Assembly: GCA_047622605.1 (NCBI GenBank)
Contig: JBLHND010000001.1
Coordinates: 1 to 51,909, forward strand
Source of the DNA: Motiliproteus sp.
Lineage (GTDB): Bacteria > Pseudomonadota > Gammaproteobacteria > Pseudomonadales > Balneatricaceae
Reading direction: 5' to 3'
DNA: 51,909 bases
Below, piece by piece: positions 17,387 through 25,601 of this stretch. The notes beneath the pieces are model-generated. The model saw only the letters and a program-made list of their open reading frames with translations. It had not been told where the DNA came from and made no database searches. The translations under genes and the position numbers were made by a program. Position 1 is the first letter of the stretch; the number at the start of each line of letters is the position of its first letter.

Positions 17387-18700
17387 ATGGCTTACTACGA
17401 TCGTCTCAACGCCGACGCCCAGGGGATCCTGGACTACGTCAGCGCATTCCGCCAGGATTTTCACCGCCACCCAGAACTGAGTTGGTGTGAGTTTCGAACC
17501 ACCGCCGTGCTGTGCCGGGAACTGCAGAGGTTGGGATTTGAGCTGAGCTGGGGCAAGACGCTCTGGGGAGACCTCAGGCCTCACAACCTCCCTCCTGCCG
17601 AGCAGCTTGAGTCAGCCTATCGCCAGGCGTGGCAGGAGCTGGGGGATGATGATCCCTATCTGGCCGATATGGTAGGGGGCTACACGGGTCTGGTGGCCCG
17701 CCTGAGATGCCCGAAGGCTGGACCGCACCAGGCGTTCCGTTTCGATATCGATGCCTTGCCGGTGACAGAGAGTGGCACCTGTGGCCACCGGCCTCAGGAG
17801 GCCGGATTCGCGTCGACCTTCGAGGGGAAGATGCATGCCTGCGGTCACGATGGCCATATGGCTACCGGGCTGGGTCTGGCGCGGTTGCTTTTCGAGCGGC
17901 GGGACAGTCTTAAAGGACAGTTCACGCTATTCTTCCAGCCTGCCGAAGAGGTGGCTGGCGGCGGGGTCCACTTTGCCCGATTGCCGCAGTTGCAAGACGT
18001 GCAGCGCTTCTACTCGGTGCATCTGGGGATCGTCGACCGGCCGGTGCTGGTCTGTGATGCTACCTGGATCGCCGGCAGCGTTTTTGATGTTGAGATGCAA
18101 GGGCGGTCAGCCCATGCCGGCAATAATCCCGAGTTCGGCCGCAATGCGCTGCTGGCGGCGTGTCAGGCGGTCACCGGGCTCTACGGCATCGCTCGCCATA
18201 GCGATGGCGTCTCCCGAGTGAACGTAGGCGGCATGTCTTCGGATAACGCCAATAACGTGATCGCAGATGTCACTCGTTTCTGTTTTGAGGTGCGGGGTGC
18301 CAGTAACGAGATCCGCGATTACATGCAGGCGCGAGCCCGGCAGGTGATCGAGGGCGCGGCGGCGATGCAGGAGGTCGAGGTCAGCATCTCCCTCCGTACC
18401 CAGTTTGAGAACCACCCCAATAACCCTCAGTTGGCGCGCTGGATCAAAGAGCAGGCGCTTGAATTCGGCCTTGAGCCGGAGGAGGTGCAGGATGCCTATC
18501 AGGTACCCGCCAGTGAAGATGCTACCTATATGACCCAGGTCGTCAATGATCAGGGTGGTCAGGGCTGCCACCTGGTGTTCGGCTGCCCGGTAAAAGGCGG
18601 TCATCATAACCCCGGGTTTGATCTGCCGGATCAGCTGGTGGCCTGGGGCAGCAGCTTTTATTTTCATCTGGCTAAGGCATACGACACGGAGGTCAAATAA
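17387..18700 (+). CDS. M20D amidohydrolase (AbgA/hippurate hydrolase/aminoacylase-like)
   Basis: FHRHPEL, RFDIDALP, MHACGHDGH, FQPAEE, SED and HHNPGFD motifs; starts 3 nt after the ALDH stop. Confidence 0.9.
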   Translation: MAYYDRLNADAQGILDYVSAFRQDFHRHPELSWCEFRTTAVLCRELQRLGFELSWGKTLWGDLRPHNLPPAEQLESAYRQAWQELGDDDPYLADMVGGYTGLVARLRCPKAGPHQAFRFDIDALPVTESGTCGHRPQEAGFASTFEGKMHACGHDGHMATGLGLARLLFERRDSLKGQFTLFFQPAEEVAGGGVHFARLPQLQDVQRFYSVHLGIVDRPVLVCDATWIAGSVFDVEMQGRSAHAGNNPEFGRNALLAACQAVTGLYGIARHSDGVSRVNVGGMSSDNANNVIADVTRFCFEVRGASNEIRDYMQARARQVIEGAAAMQEVEVSISLRTQFENHPNNPQLARWIKEQALEFGLEPEEVQDAYQVPASEDATYMTQVVNDQGGQGCHLVFGCPVKGGHHNPGFDLPDQLVAWGSSFYFHLAKAYDTEVK

Positions 18701-18895
18701 AAGTCATCATCACGTTGGCGACTATCCCGATCAGCATCGTAAGAAACGCGAAAGCAGTAAAAAAGATAACATTAAGGTAATAGATCCAGCACAGCGGATA
18801 GGCCGCCATGGTCTCGTACATCACGTCGGTCCAATCCTCGAAGGTCATGACCCGAAACAGGGTCAGCAGTGAGATGCTGAAATCCCCCCCCCCCC
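18693..18895 (-). pseudogene. Partial diverged duplicate of the pore-loop/S6 segment of the neighbouring ion channel gene
   Basis: 18707-18880 aligns ungapped with 19317-19490 (18 mismatches in 174 nt by hand count). It translates as DFSISLLTLFRVMTFEDWTDVMYETMAAYPLCWIYYLNVIFFTAFAFLTMLIGIVANVMMTFI* and is preceded by a G12 tract. Confidence 0.85.
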
Positions 18896-18993
18896 GCTGG
18901 CCCCACTGAGTATGAAGCGGTCACAGCCATACGCTGGCAAATAATGAAATGGCTGCTGGGGGTAGTGATTTTAATTTAAGTAAATATGTAAAA

Positions 18994-19079
18994 GTCCTAT
19001 TGTTTATAAAATGTTATTACTTTATAAACTTCTGTTTTTATAAAACACTTACTTTTTATAAGGTCCTATTGTTTATAAA
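18994..19079. repeat. AT-rich degenerate array of five ~17-bp units, each ending in TTTATAA(A/G)
   Basis: TTTATAA cores at 19003, 19021, 19037, 19055 and 19072. Units 1 and 5 are identical (GTCCTATTGTTTATAAA). Confidence 0.75.
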
Positions 19080-19185
19080 GTGCTATTGGCACTCTTAAAG
19101 ATCAATCCTCTTGCCTGCGCCCTTGCTTGTAGCTTTACCCGCCGTCCCTTTTGCTTGCAGGCTGTAAATCACTTTCGCCCACTGA

Positions 19186-20001
19186 TTAGGGGCGAGCCTT
19201 AGAACTGTTCTCCAGTAGCCGTGCTTCCATGGCTTCCAACTTGTGATAGATATCCTGGATAGTCGGCTCGTGCGCCTCGATCGCTTTCTGCTTGAGGATC
19301 TTGTTGTGCTCATCGTTCATCACGTTGACGACTATCCCGATCACCATATTCAGAAACGCGAAGGCGGTAAAGAAGATAAAACTCAGGTAATAGCTCCAGC
19401 TCAGCGGATAGACCGCCATGGTCTCGTACATCACATCGGTCCAATCCTCGAAGGTCATGATTCGAAACAGGGTCAGCAGTGAGATGCTCACATCTCCCCA
19501 CAGCGTTGGGTTGATCTCTTCAAACAGCGTGCTGCCCACTGCGGCGTAGATGTAAAAGATGATAAACATCAGCAGCAGTACATAGCCGAGCTGCGGCAGG
19601 GCCTTGACCAGCGAATTGAGCAGCATCCGCAGTTCGGGAATGATCGACACCATGCGCAGCACCCTGAACACCCGCACCAGTCGGGCCACCAACGCCATAT
19701 CAGTGTTATCGATGGGGATCAGGCTGATGGTCACGATCAGGGTGTCGAAGAGGTTCCAGGGATTCTTAAAGAAGTCACCTTTGTGCTCTTCGCCGATAAA
19801 ACGTATCAAAATTTCGGTCAAAAAAATCACGGTGATCAGTCGGTCCAGCCAGATCGCGGCGGTTTGCGCCAGCGGATGCAGTTCGTAGGTCTTGACTCCC
19901 ACCAGCAGTGCCGAGCCGATAATCACCGCGATCACGAAGAGTTCGAACACCTTGTTGCTTCTGAGGTGTAAAAAACGTTGTTGCAGGGAGCGGGTGTTCA
20001 T
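19186..20001 (-). CDS. Bacterial 6-TM voltage-gated cation channel (BacNav-like ion transport protein)
   Basis: S3 WNLFD, S4 ARLVRVFRVLRMV, filter TFEDWTD, S6 LNMVIGIVV and a C-terminal coiled coil. Confidence 0.9.
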   Translation of the reverse strand: MNTRSLQQRFLHLRSNKVFELFVIAVIIGSALLVGVKTYELHPLAQTAAIWLDRLITVIFLTEILIRFIGEEHKGDFFKNPWNLFDTLIVTISLIPIDNTDMALVARLVRVFRVLRMVSIIPELRMLLNSLVKALPQLGYVLLLMFIIFYIYAAVGSTLFEEINPTLWGDVSISLLTLFRIMTFEDWTDVMYETMAVYPLSWSYYLSFIFFTAFAFLNMVIGIVVNVMNDEHNKILKQKAIEAHEPTIQDIYHKLEAMEARLLENSSKARP

Positions 20002-20370
20002 GGGCAGGACTCAGGTTAAACGATTGGTTTAAGAGCCCGTTAGTGGGGGCGTAGAGGGTGAATTCCAAGGGGGCTTTGGCGATACAGGAGGGCGGGGCCT
20101 GGTGTGCGCTGCGCTGAATATGGCATTTTGGCGTCATTCTGTTTTAAGTTGTTTGTAGTCGTAATTGCTATCTAAAGACTAATGACATCAATGACAATAA
20201 TTGATTAAATAAGCTGACTTGTTTGAGCAAGCGTCATGCGGGTCAAATGAGTGGCAGAGTGCATTTTACAAGGCGCTTTTTAATAAATATATTATAAATA
20301 AATTTCATGGATGCAAGCGCAAGGTTTATAGACTTAAGTATATTCCTTGCTAAACACGGAGTGTTTGAAA

Positions 20371-22755
20371 ATGGATTTCAAATTAAAAGTTATTGTTTCT
20401 TCTAACGTTTATTTTATAACTCTAGACGAACAGTTGTCGGTTATTCCAGCCCAGACATCGGCGATCTACACCCTGGTCGATGCGAGTGGCGAACCTGTTG
20501 TCGAGGCTCTAGTGCTCAAGCGCAAAGGGCGTAATTTAGAGATCGAGGTTGACGGGGAACCTGTTGCCAGTATCGGCGATTTTTACGGCCCCGAAGGCTC
20601 CGCAACCTACAGCGTCGATGGAGCCTTGAATCCCGCAGGAGAGATGGCCGTCCAGGGAGGGGAGTCGGCAGTCGATAACGGCATCGTATGGCAGGCATCT
20701 GAACTTACTGGTGCTGAGGGGTTGAGCATCCAGTCCGGCTTTGTGGGTGCTGGTGTTCTCGCGTTGAGCGCTGCTGTTGCTGCGGGTGGTGGCGGTGGTG
20801 GTGGCGGCGGGTCATCGACGGATACGACGGCACCGACCGTTATCATCAGCAACAGTATAAAAAAGGACACAGCCGCCAATATCGACGATGGCGCTATCAC
20901 CTACACCTTCACGTTCAGTGAACCGGTAACCGACTTTGATGCCAGTGATGTCGTCGTGACGAACGGCGAGAAAAGCGATTTCACCAGCGTCGATGGCGGC
21001 CTCGAATACAGCCTGGTGGTCACCCCGAAATTCGATACCGGAAACTCCGTTACCGTTGCAGTTGACGAGTCCGTAGCGACTGATGCGGCGGGAAACCTCA
21101 ATAGAGCAGCCGTAACCCGTTCTCAGGCCTTCGATATCGAGGCCCCCGGTAAGGCCACAAAGGCCAGCACCGCCGAGGATGGACCCAGCATCAGTGCCGA
21201 CGAATACGATACAGGTTTCATCATCGTCGCAACCCTGGGCGGCACGAATGCGGTGGCCGGTGACAGCATCGAGCTGTTGTTAGGCGATGATCCTTACACT
21301 ACTCTCCAAACACTCGAGCTTACGCAGACTGATATTGATAATAATAAGGTCAGCTTTACTCTGAAAAAGAGTGATGACGCTGACCCAGACGACCTGGGAA
21401 ACAACGGTGAGAAGGTCTTTACCACCCGGGTCACGGACATGGCCGGTAATGCGGGTGATCCCAGCACCGTATTAACCGTCACGCTCGATACCACCGCACC
21501 CACTGCGGCTGAGGCTCCCAGCACCGCCGAGGATGGCCCCAGCATCAGTGCCGACGAATACGATACAGGTTTCACCATCGTCGCAACCCTGGGCGGCACG
21601 AATGCGGTGGCCGGTGACAGCATCGAGCTGTTGTTAGGCGAGGATCCCTACACTACTCTCCAAACACTCGAGCTTACGCAGACTGATATTGATACTAATA
21701 AGGTCAGCTTTACCCTGCAAAAGAGTGCTGACACGGACCCAGACGACCTGGGAGACGACGGTGTAAAAGTCTTCACCACCCGGGTCACGGATATGGCCGG
21801 TAATGTGGGTGATCCCAGCACCGCATTAACCGTCACGCTCGATACCGAGGCCCCTAAAGTGGCCATTGATTCGAATACAGGAAAGGCCATGACGTCGCCT
21901 GCCGATGAGGCGGATGCAATAGTTCTAGGGAGCAACATAGTGCTCACCTTTGGTGAAGCTATTAACCTGGGAGCAGGCTCTATTGTCATCAAGAGTAATA
22001 GAGAGACGATCACGATTAATGTCGAAGACCACGGTGGACAGTTAGCTATAGATGGGAACACGTTGACCATCGACCTAACTGACGATCTGCTCCATGTTGA
22101 CACGCGCTACGATGTCAGGATCGACAAGGATGCGGTGACCGACATGGCCGGTAACTCCTATGCGGGCATCACGGACTCCAATGCCCTCAATTTCGTAACG
22201 GAGGCCGTCGATACAACCACCGTTGTGTTCGACCTCGTGCACGGTGTTAATTCTGACCATAATGGCGGGAGTGGGGATGATCGTCACTTTGAGTCGGGTG
22301 TGGCCTACGATATTTACATAGCTGTCGATTCCGACAACGTAGCGTTGTTTACTACGAAGCAGTCTGGGACTACTGGAGGGGCTGCGTCTGACGCGAGCTG
22401 GGGGACGTGGACGGGCGCAGAGAATTTGGGAGACGACGACCATATCTATTACTCGGGCAACGGGAAACAAACGTGGAACGAGGTTGATGTGGCTAAGAAT
22501 TCGACGCAGCAGAGCGTTAATCTGCAGGCCACTGGCAGCCAGGTGGGCCAGCTGGTACTCGATAATGTCGGCAACTTTACGTGGAAGATCGGTAACGAGA
22601 GCGGTAAGGCCGATTTATGGAAAGGTACGGATACGGTCTCCGGTACGGTCGGCGGTAAGGTCGCCAATATGAGGTTGGATGGAGTTGCACAGCCCTTTTC
22701 TCAAGCGATGCCAGAGTCGCCGGTCAATATACTAACCACCCAAGGACTTACCTAG
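20371..22755 (+). CDS. Secreted Ig-like repeat surface protein (BapA/T1SS-adhesin-like)
   Basis: BapA-prefix-like N-terminus (KRKGRNLEI), hydrophobic segment plus poly-Gly linker, DTTAP...TDxAGN Big domains, very acidic composition. GGAG RBS before ATG 20371. Confidence 0.75.
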   Translation: MDFKLKVIVSSNVYFITLDEQLSVIPAQTSAIYTLVDASGEPVVEALVLKRKGRNLEIEVDGEPVASIGDFYGPEGSATYSVDGALNPAGEMAVQGGESAVDNGIVWQASELTGAEGLSIQSGFVGAGVLALSAAVAAGGGGGGGGGSSTDTTAPTVIISNSIKKDTAANIDDGAITYTFTFSEPVTDFDASDVVVTNGEKSDFTSVDGGLEYSLVVTPKFDTGNSVTVAVDESVATDAAGNLNRAAVTRSQAFDIEAPGKATKASTAEDGPSISADEYDTGFIIVATLGGTNAVAGDSIELLLGDDPYTTLQTLELTQTDIDNNKVSFTLKKSDDADPDDLGNNGEKVFTTRVTDMAGNAGDPSTVLTVTLDTTAPTAAEAPSTAEDGPSISADEYDTGFTIVATLGGTNAVAGDSIELLLGEDPYTTLQTLELTQTDIDTNKVSFTLQKSADTDPDDLGDDGVKVFTTRVTDMAGNVGDPSTALTVTLDTEAPKVAIDSNTGKAMTSPADEADAIVLGSNIVLTFGEAINLGAGSIVIKSNRETITINVEDHGGQLAIDGNTLTIDLTDDLLHVDTRYDVRIDKDAVTDMAGNSYAGITDSNALNFVTEAVDTTTVVFDLVHGVNSDHNGGSGDDRHFESGVAYDIYIAVDSDNVALFTTKQSGTTGGAASDASWGTWTGAENLGDDDHIYYSGNGKQTWNEVDVAKNSTQQSVNLQATGSQVGQLVLDNVGNFTWKIGNESGKADLWKGTDTVSGTVGGKVANMRLDGVAQPFSQAMPESPVNILTTQGLT
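21164..21846 (+). repeat. Near-identical 354-bp (118 aa) tandem Ig-domain duplication
   Basis: 21164-21492 repeats at 21518-21846 (STAEDGPSISADEYDTGF...TVTLDT). Confidence 0.9.
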
Positions 22756-22910
22756 CACTACCGGAACAGGGTAAACCCGGCGCCGGCATAATTTGCCAGC
22801 GCCGGATAGACACTCATCACCCGCCACTGCGTCTGCTCGGTCGAGCGCCGCAGTCGGCGGGTTCTAAAATCTGTAAACCCTGTTGTACCCTCGATACCGC
22901 CTGCTGGCAT

Positions 22911-23027
22911 TGTCGGACTACTTTGGACCTACATGGATGTAGGAAGTAGCGCCAGCCTACAAAATGCAAACCCACACAAGACGACCCCCAAGGGCGCGTT
23001 TTTTGTAGGTTAGGCTTCAGCCTGACA
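22911..23027. repeat. Cluster of GTAG-class REP-like units
   Basis: TGTCGGACTACTTTGGACCTACA, TGTAGG..CCTACA and TGTAGGTTAGGCTTCAGCCTGACA (23004-23027, a near reverse complement of 195-218). Confidence 0.65.
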
Positions 23028-23745
23028 GTGTTTTTATTTTAGGGAGGATAACATCAAAATCGGCCGTGGCTGGATCCGCACCGTATTGGTGGCGCCAATC
23101 CAACACCGGCCAGCCGCGGCGATTGGCTAGCTCAGCCAGACAGCGATCTGGATTGGTGGCCACCGGGTTGTCGACCCGTTCCAGCAGGGGCAGGTCATTA
23201 ATCGAATCGCTGTAGAAATAGGCGCCAGCAAGGGTTTCACTCTGCTGTTCCAGCCATGCATGCAAACGTACGACCTTGCCCTCGCGGTAGCTGGGAACCC
23301 CTCGAATGTGACCGCTGTAATGGCCCTCGGGAGTGCGTTCCAGGTCGATCGCCAGCACATCCCTGACCCCCAGAGACTCAGCTACGGCCTGGACGATAAA
23401 GTCGGCCGAGGCAGAGATGATCAGGATGCGGTCGCCGCGGCGGTGGTGTGCGTTCAGCAGTGCCAGGGCCTGGGGGTAGATGTGGTCGCTGATACAGCGA
23501 TCGACGAAAGTCGGCATCAACGTGGCGATCTGGTCGGCGCTCATCGTCGCCAGCGGCGCCAGTATAAAGGCGATATAGGCCTCCATGGACAGGCGCTGCT
23601 GACGGTAATCATCCATCAGGGCGCGCTCACCCTCGACAAATCCGGGGGCGTCGATCAGCCCGGTACGCTCAAGGTATTCGCAGAAGCGCGACGAGCAGTC
23701 GCCGCAGACGAGGGTCTCATCCAGATCAAAGATGGCTAACGGCAT
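23017..23745 (-). CDS. HAD-IB family hydrolase (phosphoserine phosphatase-like)
   Basis: FDLDETL, ISAS, K and YSDSINDLPLL motifs. Confidence 0.85.
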   Translation of the reverse strand: MPLAIFDLDETLVCGDCSSRFCEYLERTGLIDAPGFVEGERALMDDYRQQRLSMEAYIAFILAPLATMSADQIATLMPTFVDRCISDHIYPQALALLNAHHRRGDRILIISASADFIVQAVAESLGVRDVLAIDLERTPEGHYSGHIRGVPSYREGKVVRLHAWLEQQSETLAGAYFYSDSINDLPLLERVDNPVATNPDRCLAELANRRGWPVLDWRHQYGADPATADFDVILPKIKTLSG

Positions 23746-24104
23746 AGATTAGTGGCTCCTGTGTTGAGTGGGCAGGTCGCTGTTGCCGGTATAACGGTCG
23801 CGAAACCGAATCCGTCTAGCAGCCCCCCAATTACGTTATTCGACATGGCGACCTTGCTTCCCTGGCTGCCCGGTCAGGAGTGCCGAGCAGGCAATCTTTC
23901 CAGGTACCAAGGGTACGGGGTCTGTGTGATGAAAAAGAGAACGCTTCAAGAACTATTTATGACAAGGGCCGGCCTATGAAAAAGGCGGTTTAATGATTAA
24001 AGATTATCGCTTGGACAAGGGGTTGGTTATCATTAGCAGTGGTGCAGCCGCTTTGGCTGATCAACGCAGTCTCACCGTGAGCTTAGTGTAAGGTTTTAGT
24101 GTTT

Positions 24105-24803
24105 ATGGAATTGATCTTCGTCCTGTTTGAGCCCCAGGTGCCCGAAAATGTGGGTGCGGCGGCTCGTGCGCTTAATACCATGGGCTTTGATCAGTTGCGG
24201 GTTGTGAACTCTCAGGCCCATCTGCAGCCGGCGGCCGGTTGGGTGGCGCATGGTTCAGAGACGGTCCTCGGCGGGATTGAACTCTTTACTGATCTGGATG
24301 CGGCCCTGGCCGATTGTGATCTGATCGTCGGTACCACCGCCAAGCAGAGGGCGGGTTATCGCGATGTCTACCCGCCGGCGCAGTTATGCCGGATCCTAGA
24401 AAAAAAGAGCGACCACCTGACCCGGGTTGCCCTGGTCTTCGGGCGCGAAGATCGGGGACTCTCCAATCAGGAACTTGAGCGTTGCCAGTTGCTGAGTTCG
24501 ATCCCGCTGGCCAACCCCTATCCGTCTCTTAATTTAGGCCAGGCGGTGATGCTGTTTGCTTACAGTTTGGCGGATCTGCAGGCGAGTCACCGTCATCTCA
24601 AACCCAGTCAGGATCAGCAGGGCCAGCTTCGAGTGCTGCGGCAGCGCAGCACTGCGCTAACGGCGGAGTTGGGTTATGGCGCGGATTCTAAGCTACAGCA
24701 GTGGATGCAGGAGCGGTTAGGGCAGCTCAATAGCGATGATATTCGCTTTATGCATAGCCTCTGCGCGGCGCTAGAGAAGCGCCTGGATGCCGGTCAGCCC
24801 TAG
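24105..24803 (+). CDS. lasT: SPOUT tRNA/rRNA methyltransferase (LasT/YjtD, TrmJ family)
   Basis: PENVGAAARALNTMG, FGREDRGLSN and YPSLNLGQAV motifs. Confidence 0.8.
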   Translation: MELIFVLFEPQVPENVGAAARALNTMGFDQLRVVNSQAHLQPAAGWVAHGSETVLGGIELFTDLDAALADCDLIVGTTAKQRAGYRDVYPPAQLCRILEKKSDHLTRVALVFGREDRGLSNQELERCQLLSSIPLANPYPSLNLGQAVMLFAYSLADLQASHRHLKPSQDQQGQLRVLRQRSTALTAELGYGADSKLQQWMQERLGQLNSDDIRFMHSLCAALEKRLDAGQP

Positions 24804-24835
24804 AACGCATCCTGCTCGAGCCGCGTCTGTTGTTG

Positions 24836-25522
24836 CTACGCCGGCTGAAGGGATTGCTTGTGGGCTGCGAGTACGGACAACTGGCCTTCGGCGTGAGCCA
24901 GTTGCCGGGTCATCACCTCGCGGGTGCTGCGCATCTGGTCCAGGGTCAGTTCGGCCGATTCATTCAGGTCCTCTTGGGTGAGCAGGCGTTTACGCAGATC
25001 CTGCAGCTCACGCTCTTTATTGACGCCGTCTGTTTGCAGCCGCGTTTTTTCGATCAGGGCACTGTTGCACTTTTCCTCCAGCAGCGCGTTGCGGTTAGTG
25101 AGTTGCACATGCTGTTGCTGAGCATCCTTGGCACCGGCTTCCAGGGTTAACTTAGCGTCTCTCAACTGCTGGCGTTCCGTGTCCATGGCTCGGTATTGCA
25201 GTCGCATCCGGTCCTGTTTTTCGCTGAGGGCATTCAGTTGCCGCTTAAGCAGGTTGTGTTTTCCTTGCTCCTGCTCGACCTGGATCAGGGCCTGGCTGAG
25301 CTCCCGTTGAGCCTTGTCGCTTTGCTGTCTGGATCTGTCGAGCTGTTGCTTTTGAGACAGGTAATCCTGATTCCTCTCCTCGAGCATGCGCATAAAATTC
25401 TCTGAATCGCTTTCCAGCTTGGCTTGCAGCCTGGCCTGTTTGTAGGCCGCATACCAGCGACCACCGAGGTAGCCGCAACCGCCAGCAAGGGCGGTGATCA
25501 GAACGGTTATTAAAATATCCAT
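24836..25522 (-). CDS. Hypothetical membrane-anchored coiled-coil protein
   Basis: Single N-terminal TM helix followed by about 190 aa of Q/E/L-rich heptads. Confidence 0.65.
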   Translation of the reverse strand: MDILITVLITALAGGCGYLGGRWYAAYKQARLQAKLESDSENFMRMLEERNQDYLSQKQQLDRSRQQSDKAQRELSQALIQVEQEQGKHNLLKRQLNALSEKQDRMRLQYRAMDTERQQLRDAKLTLEAGAKDAQQQHVQLTNRNALLEEKCNSALIEKTRLQTDGVNKERELQDLRKRLLTQEDLNESAELTLDQMRSTREVMTRQLAHAEGQLSVLAAHKQSLQPA

Positions 25523-25601
25523 GGTACATCCCTGTAGGTCTTGTCTTTGTGGGTCGGCAGCTGAATGCTGCTGCTAAGATCCTGGTCCGAGACGCCAGGA
25601 T

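Noticed and set aside
18618-18872. 84-aa plus-strand ORF similar to the 79-aa ORF at 19243-19482
   Set aside because: The similarity is only the antisense reading of the duplicated channel segment.
18707-19490. Diversity-generating retroelement TR/VR pair
   Set aside because: The 18 mismatches are not adenine-specific on either strand, and there is no reverse transcriptase in the window.
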